Of a DNA stretch of 64,000 nt, positions 49,767 to 60,181 are shown one piece after another. The notes under the pieces were generated by a model. The model worked only from the letters and a program-made list of their open reading frames with translations, was not told where the DNA came from and searched no databases. Position numbers and translations under genes: made by a program. The DNA comes from Syntrophales bacterium (GTDB taxonomy: Bacteria; Desulfobacterota; Syntrophia; Syntrophales; PHBD01): contig OY764159.1 in the NCBI GenBank assembly GCA_963668175.1, positions 2,912,001 to 2,976,000 of the forward strand, given 5' to 3'. The stretch's first letter is position 1, and each line of letters begins with the position of its first letter.

Positions 49767-51122
49767 GTGAATCCTGAGGTATTCCGGGAATATGATGTAC
49801 GGGGTGTCGTGGACAAGGACCTGGATGAAAACTTTGTCCGCCAGCTGGGCAGGGCCATCGGCACCATGGCCGCCGAAAAGAACATTCGCACACTGACGGT
49901 GGGAAGAGACTGCCGTCTCAGTTCCGAAAATTACCGCAACGCCCTGGTCAAGGGGCTTCTTGAGTCGGGCATCCACGTGATCGATATCGGCCTCTGCGCC
50001 ACGCCCATGCTCTATTTTTCCATCCGCTATCTCCATGCGGGAGGCGGCGTCATGATTACCGGCAGTCATAACCCGCCGGAATTCAACGGTTTCAAAATAT
50101 GCATCGGCCCGGACACGATCTACGGTCTCGACATCCAGGAACTGCGTACCATCATGGAAAGATCGGCCTTCATCGCCGGCAGCGGGAAGCTGTCGCAGTT
50201 GGATGTCTCCCCGGCTTACGCGGACTATCTCTTCGACAGCGTCAGGATCAAGAAAGGCATCAAGGTCGTCGTCGACGGCGGCAACGGCGTCGGCGGACAT
50301 TTTGCCGTACCGCTCCTCAAGCGGTTCGGCTGCCGCGTCACGGACGTGTATTGCGACCCCGACGGCCGTTTTCCCAACCACTTTCCCGACCCCACCATCC
50401 CGGAGAATCTCGAAACCCTGATCGAACTTGTCAGAAAGGAAGAAGCGGACATCGGCATCGCCTACGACGGAGACGCCGACCGCATCGGCGCCGTCACCGA
50501 CAACGGCACGATCCTCTGGGGCGACGAACTGCTCCTGCTCTTCTCCCGTTTCATTCTCAAGGAATCGCCGGGAGCGGCGATCATCGGCGAGGTGAAATGC
50601 TCGCAGAAACTCTACGACGACATCGCAAAGAACGGCGGCAGGCCGATCATGTGGAAGGCCGGCCATTCCCTCATCAAGGGCAAGATGAAGGAAGAAAAGG
50701 CGCTGCTCGCCGGGGAGATGAGCGGCCATATCTTCTTTGCGGACCGCTACTTCGGCTACGACGACGCCATCTACGCGTCCCTTCGCCTCCTTGAAATCGT
50801 TTCCGGCTCGGATCTTGCGCTGAGCGACATCCTGGCCGACGTGCCGAAAACGTTTACGACACCGGAAATCCGGATCGACTGTCCCGACGCCTTGAAATTC
50901 AAGGTCGTCGAGATCGCCCGCGCCCATTTCCGCGAGACATTCCGGATCATCGATATCGACGGCGTCCGTGTCCTTTTCGACGACGGATGGGGATTGATCC
51001 GCTCGTCGAATACCCAGCCCGTCTTGGTCCTCCGTTTCGAGGCGGCCTCGCCGGAGCGGCTTACCGCCATCCGCCGGCAGATCGAGGCGGTCCTCAAGGA
51101 CATCATGGCCAACATACATTAA
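49767..51122 (+). CDS. Phosphomannomutase/phosphoglucomutase
   Basis: FREYDVRG, TGSHNP, DGDADR and GEMSGH motifs. Confidence 0.95.
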   Translation: MNPEVFREYDVRGVVDKDLDENFVRQLGRAIGTMAAEKNIRTLTVGRDCRLSSENYRNALVKGLLESGIHVIDIGLCATPMLYFSIRYLHAGGGVMITGSHNPPEFNGFKICIGPDTIYGLDIQELRTIMERSAFIAGSGKLSQLDVSPAYADYLFDSVRIKKGIKVVVDGGNGVGGHFAVPLLKRFGCRVTDVYCDPDGRFPNHFPDPTIPENLETLIELVRKEEADIGIAYDGDADRIGAVTDNGTILWGDELLLLFSRFILKESPGAAIIGEVKCSQKLYDDIAKNGGRPIMWKAGHSLIKGKMKEEKALLAGEMSGHIFFADRYFGYDDAIYASLRLLEIVSGSDLALSDILADVPKTFTTPEIRIDCPDALKFKVVEIARAHFRETFRIIDIDGVRVLFDDGWGLIRSSNTQPVLVLRFEAASPERLTAIRRQIEAVLKDIMANIH

Positions 51123-51194
51123 ATCTTTTTATACCGGAGATCGGTTTCGCGGCGGCCCGGGTGGACCGGCTGCCGGTCTTTCCTCTCTGAAACG

Positions 51195-51236
51195 AAAAAG
51201 CCGCAGCCTGACGTGAACGTCGGCTGCGGCTTTCTT
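51195..51236. terminator. Bidirectional intrinsic terminator between convergent PMM and ferritin genes
   Basis: AAAAAGCCGCAGCC...GGCTGCGGCTTTCTT. Confidence 0.8.
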
Positions 51237-51275
51237 ATTTACTGTCCGCTTTGTAGTGTTACGGCGGAGTCAAAA

Positions 51276-51812
51276 TCAATTGACGAGGTTGTAGGCGGCG
51301 GGATCGAGGGGCGATCCGGCCACGAAGACACGGGCCCCGAGTTCGCGGTCCAGCATGAAGAGCCCTTCCTTGCTTGTGCCGACCATCTCCAGCTGCCGGA
51401 GAATCTTTTCCGCCGTCGCTTCCTCTTCGACCTGCTCCTTTGCAAACCAGGCGAGGAGCGGTTCCGCGGCAAAGTCGCCCTCTTCCCTCGCCAGTTTTAC
51501 GAGGGCGTGGATCTTGCCCGTGATGAACTGCTCGTGGGCCAGCGTATCCTTCCAGGCTTCCTGGATCGATTTCCAGGTCGGTTTGAGCTGTTTCAAGTCC
51601 AGGAGCTTTACCGTCCCGCCCCGGTCGTTGATGTGGTCGAAGAACTTCATGGCGTGGATCATCTCTTCGTGGGCCTGGCACCTCATCCAGTGCGCCATGC
51701 CGTCCATATTCTTCGAACTGAAATAGGCGACCATGGACATGTAGATATAGAACGATTCCATTTCGTGTTTGATCTGGACGTTTATGGCCTCGTACATTTT
51801 CTTTCCGATCAT
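51276..51812 (-). CDS. ftn: Non-heme ferritin
   Basis: E..S..IY, QAHEE..HAMK, HE..IT and EQVEEE ferroxidase residues. Confidence 0.93.
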   Translation of the reverse strand: MIGKKMYEAINVQIKHEMESFYIYMSMVAYFSSKNMDGMAHWMRCQAHEEMIHAMKFFDHINDRGGTVKLLDLKQLKPTWKSIQEAWKDTLAHEQFITGKIHALVKLAREEGDFAAEPLLAWFAKEQVEEEATAEKILRQLEMVGTSKEGLFMLDRELGARVFVAGSPLDPAAYNLVN

Positions 51813-51914
51813 TTTTCTATGCCTCCTTTATCATCCGTAAATCCGGTAAAGTTCAATTCCTCTTCGACGGCGGCCCCGGGAGGCCGCCCTTCCTTACGCG
51901 AAAAAAAAACGCCT

Positions 51915-52556
51915 TCATCCTGAAGGCGGATTGTCCTTCATGATTACTTCCCTGTAAAACCTGTGGAAATACGCTATGCCCGAATAGACGGACAGCAAAA
52001 GGGAGATATAGAGCATCACCATGCCGACGACGTGGGCATCCGCCCCGAGAAACGGGTAGTGGATGATCAGGGCCGCAACGGCGAATCCCTGGGCGATGGT
52101 CTTCTGCTTGCCCAGGCGGCTGGCCTCTATGACGATGCCCTCGGCGGAGGAGATTGTCCGGATGCCGTCCACGATCAGGTCGCGTATTACGAATACGGCC
52201 ACGATCCAGGCCGGAACGCGGCCGATGGGGATCATCATGATCATGGCCGTGTTGATGATGAGCTTGTCCGCCAGGGGATCGAGGTACTTGCCCATCGTCG
52301 TGACGATCTCGTAACGCCTCGCAATATAACCGTCGAGAAAATCCGTCAGGGCGGCGACGATGAAGAAGAAGGCGATGATGAGGCTGCCCACCTCTTCCGG
52401 CGGCAGAAGGAGGAAGAACAGGGCAGGCACGACCAGCATGCGGACCATCGTGATCGAGTTGGGCAGGTTGAACACTTTCCTGCTCTTCTCGGCGATGGGC
52501 AGCCGGTCGAAAGATCTTTTCATGTAGTCGATGAGCATAGTGGTCATTCGCCGCAC
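51915..52556 (-). CDS. pgsA: CDP-diacylglycerol--glycerol-3-phosphate 3-phosphatidyltransferase
   Basis: NLPNSIT and TDFLDGYIAR....T..GKYLDPLADK motifs; exact start uncertain. Confidence 0.93.
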   Translation of the reverse strand: MRRMTTMLIDYMKRSFDRLPIAEKSRKVFNLPNSITMVRMLVVPALFFLLLPPEEVGSLIIAFFFIVAALTDFLDGYIARRYEIVTTMGKYLDPLADKLIINTAMIMMIPIGRVPAWIVAVFVIRDLIVDGIRTISSAEGIVIEASRLGKQKTIAQGFAVAALIIHYPFLGADAHVVGMVMLYISLLLSVYSGIAYFHRFYREVIMKDNPPSG

Positions 52557-52650
52557 GGAACATTCAACGCAGCCGCATCACGCACCGCCGGTGTCGTCTC
52601 GGGGGATCCGTTTCCGGATGCGGCCGGAAACATCAGGCTGGCCCAGGGGC

Positions 52651-53298
52651 CTACTTCTTCGGGACTTTTTTCCAGTCGGCCAGAAAGGCTTCGATTCCCT
52701 TGTCGGTCAGGGGATGCTTCGCCAGCTGGGCGATTACCTTGAATGGGATCGTGGCGATATCGGCCCCCATCATGGCCGCTTCCAGGACATGGAGCGGATG
52801 GCGGACGCTGGCGACGATGACCTCCGTCTCGAAACCGTAATTGTCGAAGATCGTGATGATCTGGTCGACGAGTTCGAGGCCGTCGTGGGAGACGTCGTCG
52901 AGGCGGCCGACAAAGGGGCTTACGTAGGCGGCGCCAACCTTGGCGGCCATCAGGGCCTGGAGCGGCGAAAAGATCAGGGTCTGGTTCACGCGGATGCCCT
53001 CCGCCGCAAGCAGGCGCGTGGCTTTGAGGCCTTCCGTCGTCAGGGGGACCTTGACGACGACGTTGGAACCGAGCTTGGCCAGCTTTTTCCCTTCCCTGAA
53101 AATCCCCGAAGTATCGAGACTGACGGCTTCGAGGCTCACGGGACCGTCGACGATCGCGAGGATCTCCTTGATGATCTCGTCGAATCCCTTCTTCTCCTTG
53201 GCGACCAGCGTCGGATTCGTCGTTACGCCGTCCACCATGCCCAGGCTGATGCCTTCCTTGATTTCGTCAATGTTGGCCGTGTCGATGAAAAATTTCAT
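52651..53298 (-). CDS. fsa: Transaldolase / fructose-6-phosphate aldolase
   Basis: FFIDTAN, GVTTNP, VVKVP and YVSPFVGR motifs. Confidence 0.95.
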   Translation of the reverse strand: MKFFIDTANIDEIKEGISLGMVDGVTTNPTLVAKEKKGFDEIIKEILAIVDGPVSLEAVSLDTSGIFREGKKLAKLGSNVVVKVPLTTEGLKATRLLAAEGIRVNQTLIFSPLQALMAAKVGAAYVSPFVGRLDDVSHDGLELVDQIITIFDNYGFETEVIVASVRHPLHVLEAAMMGADIATIPFKVIAQLAKHPLTDKGIEAFLADWKKVPKK

Positions 53299-53322
53299 GA
53301 TTCCTCCAGTACTCCTTCTTCG

Positions 53323-53583
53323 TCAGTTTTCGCGATCATATTTGTCCCGGCACGCCTCGCTGCAGAAATAGAGCGTTTTGCCGTCTTTCGTTACCTTGTG
53401 GGCCTGGCTCAACGGAATATACCGGTGGCAGTAGGGGTCTTCGACGAGGTCTTCGTCGATGGACCGCTGCGGTTCGTTCCGGATGGTCTGTTTCGAGGCG
53501 TTGGCGGCCAGGATCCATTTGACGGCCTTGATGCCGAGATAGATCAGGAGGCCGATGACAATCAGTCTTATAAGTCCTGCCAT
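53323..53583 (-). CDS. Small membrane-anchored YHS/TRASH domain protein
   Basis: N-terminal TM, DPYC...YFCS..C. Confidence 0.82.
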   Translation of the reverse strand: MAGLIRLIVIGLLIYLGIKAVKWILAANASKQTIRNEPQRSIDEDLVEDPYCHRYIPLSQAHKVTKDGKTLYFCSEACRDKYDREN

Positions 53584-53589
53584 ATGTCT

Positions 53590-54102
53590 TTACCGGATAA
53601 GCTCCACGGCGCTTTCGTCCGTAAGCCTGTCCATCAGTCCTTTCACGGATATGCCGAATGCAGGGTGTACGGCGTAGGGCGCCAGTTCCGCCAGCGGCTG
53701 CAGGGCAAACCTTCTTTTATGCAACTCCGGATGGGGGACGACAAGGTCTTCCTCGGCGATGACGTTCTGCCCCATCAACAAGATATCCAGGTCGATGACC
53801 CTGGGACCCCAGCGGATTTCATCCTCCTTCCGTCCCATGTCCCGTTCGACGGCCTTGAGCAAGCGCAGCAGATCCCGCGCGGACAGCCCCGTCCTCAGTT
53901 CGACGACGGCGTTCACGAACCAGTCCTGGTCCTTGTAGCCTACAGGCTCCGTCCGGTACAGCGACGATCGCCGGAGCAGCACGCTGCCCTTGATGCGCCC
54001 GATCCGGTCCATTGCCTCGCGGCAGCGGGCCGCGGCATCGCCCAGATTGGAGCCGATGCCGATGAAGGCGATGATGCCTTCCGGTGCGGGATGCTTCGGC
54101 AT
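53590..54102 (-). CDS. folK: 2-amino-4-hydroxy-6-hydroxymethyldihydropteridine diphosphokinase
   Basis: IGIGSNLG, WGPRVIDLDIL and PHP motifs. ATG at 54102 overlaps the dapB stop (TAATG). Confidence 0.93.
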   Translation of the reverse strand: MPKHPAPEGIIAFIGIGSNLGDAAARCREAMDRIGRIKGSVLLRRSSLYRTEPVGYKDQDWFVNAVVELRTGLSARDLLRLLKAVERDMGRKEDEIRWGPRVIDLDILLMGQNVIAEEDLVVPHPELHKRRFALQPLAELAPYAVHPAFGISVKGLMDRLTDESAVELIR

Positions 54103-54908
54103 TACCCCTTCAGTCCCAGGACGTCCTGCATGTCGTAGAGGCCGTTCTTCTGGCCGACGATCCATTTCGCCGCCCGGATCGCCCCCTTGGCGAAATTGTC
54201 CCGGCTGTGGGCACGGTGGATGAATTCGAGGCGTTCTCCCACGGCCCCGAACATGACCGTGTGCTCTCCTACGATGTCGCCGGCGCGGAGCGTCTGGATG
54301 CCGATCTCCGCCTTCGTCCTCTCGCCGATCATGCCCTTCCGTTCGTAGACCCCGACCTTGTCCAGGTCGCGGCCGAGCCTCGCGGCGATAACCTGGGCCA
54401 TCTTCATGGCCGTTCCGCTCGGCGAATCTTTCTTCAGGTGGTGGTGCGCCTCGACGATCTCGACATCGTAATCGTCGCCGAGAATTCCCGCCACCATGTC
54501 GAGGACCTTGAACATGACGTTCACGCCCACGCTCATGTTGGGCGCCAGGACGCACCTGGCGTTTTTCGCGATCTCCTTCGCTTTCGTCATTTCGTCGGCG
54601 GTGAAGCCCGTGCTGCCGATGACGATCGCCTTGCCCTTCGCGGCGCAAAGCTCAAGGTGCGCAAGCGACACTTCGTGATGCGTGAAGTCGATCACGCAGT
54701 CGCCCTTCCCGATGCATTTCTCCAGGCCGTCCTCGATGACGACGCCCGATTTGCCGAGCCCAAGCGACTCCCCCAGGTCCCTGCCGACCCAGGGGTGTGC
54801 TTTGGCCTCCGCGGCACCGACGACTTCGATGCCGTCGGAAGTTTTTATTAAACTGGCAATCCGCCCTCCCATGCGCCCGCCGGCGCCGGTCATAACGACT
54901 TTAACCAT
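54102..54908 (-). CDS. dapB: 4-hydroxy-tetrahydrodipicolinate reductase
   Basis: GAGGRMG and EAHHHLKKDSPSGTA motifs. Confidence 0.96.
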   Translation of the reverse strand: MVKVVMTGAGGRMGGRIASLIKTSDGIEVVGAAEAKAHPWVGRDLGESLGLGKSGVVIEDGLEKCIGKGDCVIDFTHHEVSLAHLELCAAKGKAIVIGSTGFTADEMTKAKEIAKNARCVLAPNMSVGVNVMFKVLDMVAGILGDDYDVEIVEAHHHLKKDSPSGTAMKMAQVIAARLGRDLDKVGVYERKGMIGERTKAEIGIQTLRAGDIVGEHTVMFGAVGERLEFIHRAHSRDNFAKGAIRAAKWIVGQKNGLYDMQDVLGLKG

Positions 54909-54930
54909 AATATGACCCTCCCGTCGTCGC

Positions 54931-55806
54931 TCAGGAAATAAGCCCGTAATCCTTCACGGCCTTCTTCAGTTTGTCGTAATTGGCGTCCGACATCTTGCAC
55001 AGGGGAAGCCTGACTTCGTACTGGATCTTGCCCATCATGGCCAGCGCCGCCTTGACCGGCACGGGGTTCGTCTCGATGAAGAGCGCGTCGATGAGCTTCG
55101 CCATCTTGTGGTGCAGTTCGCGGGCCTTCTTGAGGTCTCCGGCCATGAAGGCGTCCGTCAGGCCTGCCATGTCCGCCGGGGCTACGTTGGAGACGACGGA
55201 GATGACGCCGTGGCCGCCGATGGCCATGAGCGGCAGCGTGAAGGCGTCGTCGCCGGAAACGACCGAGAAATCCGGGCCGCAGAGGCCGACGACGTCGCTC
55301 ATCTGCTTGATCGCGCCCGACGCTTCCTTTGTCCCGACGATGTTCTTGATCTTGGCGAGCTTCGCCAGGGTTTCCGGCATAAGGTTCACGCCCGTGCGCC
55401 CCGGGATATTGTAAACGATGATCGGGATCGGCACCGCCTCGGCGACGAGTTTGTAATGCTGGTAGAGGCCCTCCTGGCTCGGCCGGTTGTAGTAGGGGCA
55501 GACCATGAGTGCGCCGTCCGCGCCGGCTTCGTAGGCATGCTTCGTGAGGCGGATGGCCTCGGCCGTGCTGTTGGACCCCGTGCCGGCGATGACCGGGACA
55601 CGCTTCTTCACCGCGTCGATGGTGATCTCGATGACCTTGTCGTGTTCCTCGTGGGAAAGGGTTGACGATTCGCCGGTAGTACCGCAGGGCACGATCCCGT
55701 CCGTGCCGTTGGCTATCTGGAACTCTATCAGGTCCCTCAACGCCGGCTCATCGACCTTGCCATCCTTGAATGGCGTTACGATCGCTACGATTGCTCCCTT
55801 GAACAT
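54931..55806 (-). CDS. dapA: 4-hydroxy-tetrahydrodipicolinate synthase
   Basis: GTTGES, YNIPGRTG and KEAS motifs. Confidence 0.96.
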   Translation of the reverse strand: MFKGAIVAIVTPFKDGKVDEPALRDLIEFQIANGTDGIVPCGTTGESSTLSHEEHDKVIEITIDAVKKRVPVIAGTGSNSTAEAIRLTKHAYEAGADGALMVCPYYNRPSQEGLYQHYKLVAEAVPIPIIVYNIPGRTGVNLMPETLAKLAKIKNIVGTKEASGAIKQMSDVVGLCGPDFSVVSGDDAFTLPLMAIGGHGVISVVSNVAPADMAGLTDAFMAGDLKKARELHHKMAKLIDALFIETNPVPVKAALAMMGKIQYEVRLPLCKMSDANYDKLKKAVKDYGLIS

Positions 55807-55827
55807 AAAAATCCCCTCCTTGCTGCG

Positions 55828-57090
55828 TTATAGTTTTTTTAAGAAGTCCGGCATCTTCTCATGCCTCACCATGTCGGCGTATTCCTCCCGCTCCCTGATA
55901 ACGTAGAAGCGGCTGCCCGTAACCATGACTTCGGCGACGCGCGGCCTGGAGTTGTAGTTCGACGACATCGTAAATCCGTAGGCCCCGGCACTCATGACGG
56001 CCATCAGGTCGTCCCTTTCGAAACGGGGCAGATTTCTCTTCTTTGCCAGGTAGTCGCCCGACTCGCAGATGGGGCCGACGACGTCGGCGGTGATTCCGTC
56101 CCTTCCCGCGTCGATCACGGGCTGGATGGCGTGGAAGGCCCCATAGAGGCTGGGACGGACGAGGTCGTTCATCCCTGCGTCGACGACAATGAAATGCTTG
56201 TCCTCGTTGGACTTGGTGAAGAGGACCTTCGTGACCATGATGCCGGCGTTGCCGACGATGACCCGGCCAGGCTCGAATATGAACGTGCACTTGAGGTCCG
56301 CGGCGGCGGCGATGATCTCCCGGGCATACTCCGTGGGATGGGGAGGCGATTCGCCGTCGTAGGTGATCCCGAGGCCGCCCCCCAGGTCGAGATACTTGAC
56401 GGCTATCCCTTCTTCCGCAAGAAGCCCGATCAGCTTCCTGATCCTCGCCAGGGCGTCCACGAACGGGGATACTTTCGTCAGCTGCGAACCGATATGGCAG
56501 CTCACGCCCCGGATGTCGATGTTTTTCAAATTCATGGCCAGGCGGTAGTCGTTCAGGGACTTTTCCAGGTTGATGCCGAACTTGTTTTCCTTGAGGCCCG
56601 TCGAGATGTAGGGATGCGTTTCGGGATCGACGTCCGGATTGACGCGGATGGCGATTCCCGCCTTCCTGCCCAGCCGGCCCGCGCAGGCGTCGATCCGCTC
56701 CAGTTCCTGCGTCGATTCCACGTTGAACATGAGGATGTTCGTCTTGACGGCGTATTCGATCTCGTCGTCCCTCTTCCCCACGCCGGAATAGACGATCTTC
56801 CGCGGGTCCGCGCCCGCCTTGAGGGCCCGGAAGAGCTCCCCGCCGGAGACGATATCCACGCCTCCCCCTTCCCTGACGAAGGCCCGCAGGAGGGCGATGT
56901 TGGAATTCGCCTTCACCGCGTAGCAGACGATATGCGGCACGGCTGCGAAGGACTTGTCGAAAACGTTGAAGTGATGTTTTAACGTCTTGTAGCTGTACAG
57001 ATAGAAAGGCGTGCCGATCTCCCGGGCGATGTCCGCCACGGGAACCTCTTCGCACAAGAGCTGTTTGTCACGATAGTGGAAATAGTTCAT
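55828..57090 (-). CDS. lysA: Diaminopimelate decarboxylase
   Basis: YAVKAN, HIGSQ, EPGR and CESGD motifs. Confidence 0.96.
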   Translation of the reverse strand: MNYFHYRDKQLLCEEVPVADIAREIGTPFYLYSYKTLKHHFNVFDKSFAAVPHIVCYAVKANSNIALLRAFVREGGGVDIVSGGELFRALKAGADPRKIVYSGVGKRDDEIEYAVKTNILMFNVESTQELERIDACAGRLGRKAGIAIRVNPDVDPETHPYISTGLKENKFGINLEKSLNDYRLAMNLKNIDIRGVSCHIGSQLTKVSPFVDALARIRKLIGLLAEEGIAVKYLDLGGGLGITYDGESPPHPTEYAREIIAAAADLKCTFIFEPGRVIVGNAGIMVTKVLFTKSNEDKHFIVVDAGMNDLVRPSLYGAFHAIQPVIDAGRDGITADVVGPICESGDYLAKKRNLPRFERDDLMAVMSAGAYGFTMSSNYNSRPRVAEVMVTGSRFYVIREREEYADMVRHEKMPDFLKKL

Positions 57091-57114
57091 GGACCTTTTC
57101 TTTTCTCCAGCACC

Positions 57115-57567
57115 TCAGAATTTAAGTTCCGCCGGATCGGACGGCTCGCTGCACAACCCCCTCAAGTCGCAGACGACAACCCGGTATGTATAGAGCCATC
57201 CGGCCTTCACCCGGTAGTCGTCGAACCGCACGGCCCGGCCTTCCCTGACAAGCTTCGGATCTTCTGCCAGGAAAGCGGCAATCTCCTTATAGTCGCGCGG
57301 ACACTCGGGACAGTCGCCCCGGAGCGTTTCCAGTTCGCTTCTCTGTATCCGGACATCCTTGATGTTCCGGCCTTCGCCCGCCGTCTCCCAGGAAAGCCGA
57401 ATCGCCTCACCGGCCTTCTTCGCGGCAAGATTCCTGACCGCTTCCGGCATTTTGACGTCCGGAGGCGCGGGATCGTCCTTCTTGCCGCAGGCGGAGATTC
57501 CCGCCAGCCATAGGATCAATACCGGCAACAGACAATAGAGGACGATATGGCTGCGCCTTGGCTTCAT
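57115..57567 (-). CDS. Lipoprotein with an LptM/YifL-like N-terminus and an FN3-like domain
   Basis: Lipobox ISAC-GKKDDPAPP; LSW...Y.YRV...S.PS FN3-like pattern; CPECP. Confidence 0.7.
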   Translation of the reverse strand: MKPRRSHIVLYCLLPVLILWLAGISACGKKDDPAPPDVKMPEAVRNLAAKKAGEAIRLSWETAGEGRNIKDVRIQRSELETLRGDCPECPRDYKEIAAFLAEDPKLVREGRAVRFDDYRVKAGWLYTYRVVVCDLRGLCSEPSDPAELKF

Positions 57568-58949
57568 GAGCGGCCGTCGATTTCCCGGATGCGTTTCAGG
57601 ACCGCCTCCGTGGCCGTGCCGCCGGTGCCCTTCCTGCGGTCGACGCAGGCGGAGGCGGCCAGACGTTCGTAGATGTCCTCTTCAAATCCTTTGTAGTACC
57701 GGCGGAATTCGGTAAGCGATAGATCGGCCAGGTTCTTTTTCCCCTTCCCGGCCGCATAGGCGACGAGCCGGCCGACGATGCCGTGCGACTCCCGGAAAGG
57801 CACCCCCTTCACGACCAGGTACTCGGCGACGTCCGTGGCCGCGGCGTATCCCGCGCCGGCCGCTTCCGAAAGGCGTTCCCGGTTGAAGGTCAGGTGAGGG
57901 ATCATGGCCGTCAGGACGTCCAGGCAGTTCCGGACCGTGTCGACCGTTTCGAAGAGGGGCTCCTTGTCTTCCTGGAGGTCCCTGTTGTACGTCATCGGCA
58001 ACCCCTTCAGGACCGTGAGGATCGCCGTCAGGTTCCCGTAGACGCGCCCCGTCTTGCCGCGGATCAGCTCCGCGACGTCCGGGTTCTTCTTCTGTGGCAT
58101 GATGCTGCTGCCCGTCGTGAAGGCGTCGGAAATCTCGAGGTAGCCGAATTCCTCCGTGGACCAGATGATCAGGTCCTCGCAGAGCCGGCTCAAGTGCATC
58201 ATGACGAGCGAACAGACGAAAGTGAATTCGGCGATGAAATCCCGGTCCGCCACCGTGTCCATGCTGTTCTTCGACACGGCGGGGAAATCGAGGAGCGACG
58301 CGACGTACTCGCGGTCCACGGGCAGGCTTGTCCCCGCCAGGGCCGCGGCGCCCAGGGGCAGCACGTTGACCCTCACCAGGCAGTCGGCGAGACGCGATTC
58401 GTCCCGGTCGATCATCTCCCAGAAGGCCAGAAGGTAGTGCGACAGAAGCACCGGCTGCGCCTTCTGGAGGTGCGTGTAGCCCGGGGCCACCGTCTTGATC
58501 TCCTTCTTGGCCAGGTTGAGGAGCGCCGCCTTCATCGCGGCGAGCTGCCATCGCAGGAGGCCGATTTCGTCCCGCAGGTACAGCCTGATGTCGAGGGCCA
58601 CCTGGTCGTTACGGCTGCGCGCTGTATGGAGTTTTCCGCCGGCATCGCCCACCTTCGCGATCAGGGCCTTTTCGATGGCCATATGGATGTCTTCGTCGCT
58701 CGGATTGAACGGGAAGACGCCCCGTTCGATCTCCCGGCGGATGGACGTCAGGCCGTTCACGATCGCCGTCTGTTCCTTGCGCGTCAGGAGGCCCTGCTTG
58801 CAGAGCATCCTGGCGTGGGCGATGCTGCCCTCGATGTCGTAGCTGTAGAGGCGGCAGTCGTAATGGATCGACGCCGTGAAGGCTTCCACCTTCTTGTCCG
58901 TGTCCTCGCGGAAGCGACCGCCCCAGGGTTTTGTCGTTTTGCCCGCCAT
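57564..58949 (-). CDS. argH: Argininosuccinate lyase
   Basis: WGGRF, RSRNDQ and GSSIMPQKKNPD motifs. Confidence 0.97.
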   Translation of the reverse strand: MAGKTTKPWGGRFREDTDKKVEAFTASIHYDCRLYSYDIEGSIAHARMLCKQGLLTRKEQTAIVNGLTSIRREIERGVFPFNPSDEDIHMAIEKALIAKVGDAGGKLHTARSRNDQVALDIRLYLRDEIGLLRWQLAAMKAALLNLAKKEIKTVAPGYTHLQKAQPVLLSHYLLAFWEMIDRDESRLADCLVRVNVLPLGAAALAGTSLPVDREYVASLLDFPAVSKNSMDTVADRDFIAEFTFVCSLVMMHLSRLCEDLIIWSTEEFGYLEISDAFTTGSSIMPQKKNPDVAELIRGKTGRVYGNLTAILTVLKGLPMTYNRDLQEDKEPLFETVDTVRNCLDVLTAMIPHLTFNRERLSEAAGAGYAAATDVAEYLVVKGVPFRESHGIVGRLVAYAAGKGKKNLADLSLTEFRRYYKGFEEDIYERLAASACVDRRKGTGGTATEAVLKRIREIDGRS

Positions 58950-58959
58950 GGATTCAATC

Positions 58960-60177
58960 TCAGCTTTTCTTGCGGTTGACCATGTTCTGCATCTTCAGCC
59001 TCAAGGCATTGAGCCTGATGAAGCCGGTGGCGTCCTTCTGGTTGTAAACCTCGTCTTTCTCGAACGTCGCCAGGGCTTCGCTGTAAAGCGACCAGGGGGA
59101 CTTTCTCCCCACGACAATGGTGTTCCCCTTGTAGAGCTTCACCCGGGCCGAGCCCGTGACCCGCTCCTGGGTCTCGTCGATCATCTTCTGGAGGACGGTC
59201 ATCTCCGGCGAGTACCAGAAGCCGTTGTAAACGAGTTGGGCATACTTGGGAATCAGCGAATCGCGCATCAGCATGACTTCCCGGTCCATCGTCAGGGTCT
59301 CCAGGGCCCGGTGCGCCGCCCAGAGGACCGTGCCGCCCGGCGTTTCGTAGACCCCGCGGGACTTCATGCCCACGAAGCGGTTCTCCACCATGTCCACGCG
59401 GCCGACACCGTTCTTCCCGGCGATGTCGTTCACGTGTTCCATCAGGGCGGCGGGGCTCATCCTGACACCGTCCACGGCCACGGGATTACCCTTCTCGAAT
59501 TCGATCTCCACGTAGGTGGGCTTGTCCGGCGCCGCTTCGGGAGAGCAGGAGAGAACGAAAATATCCTCCGGCGGTTCCGCCCACGGGTCTTCGAGGATTG
59601 CGCCCTCGTGGGAGATGTGGAGCAGGTTGCGGTCGCTGCTGTAGGGTTTGTCCTTCGTCAGGGGCAGCGGGATGTTGTACTTCTCCGCGTAGTCGAACAT
59701 GGACTCGCGGGAATCGAATTTCCAGTTGTCGTCCTTCCACGCCGAGATGATCTTCATCTCGGGACAGAGGGCCATGTAGGTCAGCTCGAAGCGGACCTGG
59801 TCGTTGCCCTTTCCCGTCGCCCCGTGGCAGACGGCGTCGGCGCCCTCGGCCAGGGCGATTTCGATCTGCCTCTTGGCGATCAGGGGCCTGGCGATGGAGG
59901 TCCCCAGCATGTAGGTCCCTTCGTAGATGGCGTTGGCCCGCAGGCAGGCGAAGACGAAGTCCCGGGCGAATTCCTCGCGCAGGTCGTCGATGTAGATCTT
60001 GCTGGCGCCGGTGTTGATGGCCTTCTCCTTCAGACCGTCCAGCTCCTCCTTCTGGCCGACGTCGGCCGCGAAGGCGATGACTTCACACCCATAGGTTTCC
60101 ACCAGCCATCTCACGATGACGGACGTATCGAGTCCGCCCGAATAGGCCAGGACGACTTTTTTGTACTGTTTTGACAC
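58960..60177 (-). CDS. argG: Argininosuccinate synthase
   Basis: [10 protein letters not shown] and [13 protein letters not shown] motifs. Confidence 0.97.
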   Translation of the reverse strand: MSKQYKKVVLAYSGGLDTSVIVRWLVETYGCEVIAFAADVGQKEELDGLKEKAINTGASKIYIDDLREEFARDFVFACLRANAIYEGTYMLGTSIARPLIAKRQIEIALAEGADAVCHGATGKGNDQVRFELTYMALCPEMKIISAWKDDNWKFDSRESMFDYAEKYNIPLPLTKDKPYSSDRNLLHISHEGAILEDPWAEPPEDIFVLSCSPEAAPDKPTYVEIEFEKGNPVAVDGVRMSPAALMEHVNDIAGKNGVGRVDMVENRFVGMKSRGVYETPGGTVLWAAHRALETLTMDREVMLMRDSLIPKYAQLVYNGFWYSPEMTVLQKMIDETQERVTGSARVKLYKGNTIVVGRKSPWSLYSEALATFEKDEVYNQKDATGFIRLNALRLKMQNMVNRKKS

Positions 60178-60181
60178 GGTT

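Noticed and set aside
53590..54648. 352-aa FolK fusion from the ORF track
   Set aside because: The extension is an alternative frame of dapB. The real start is the ATG at 54102.
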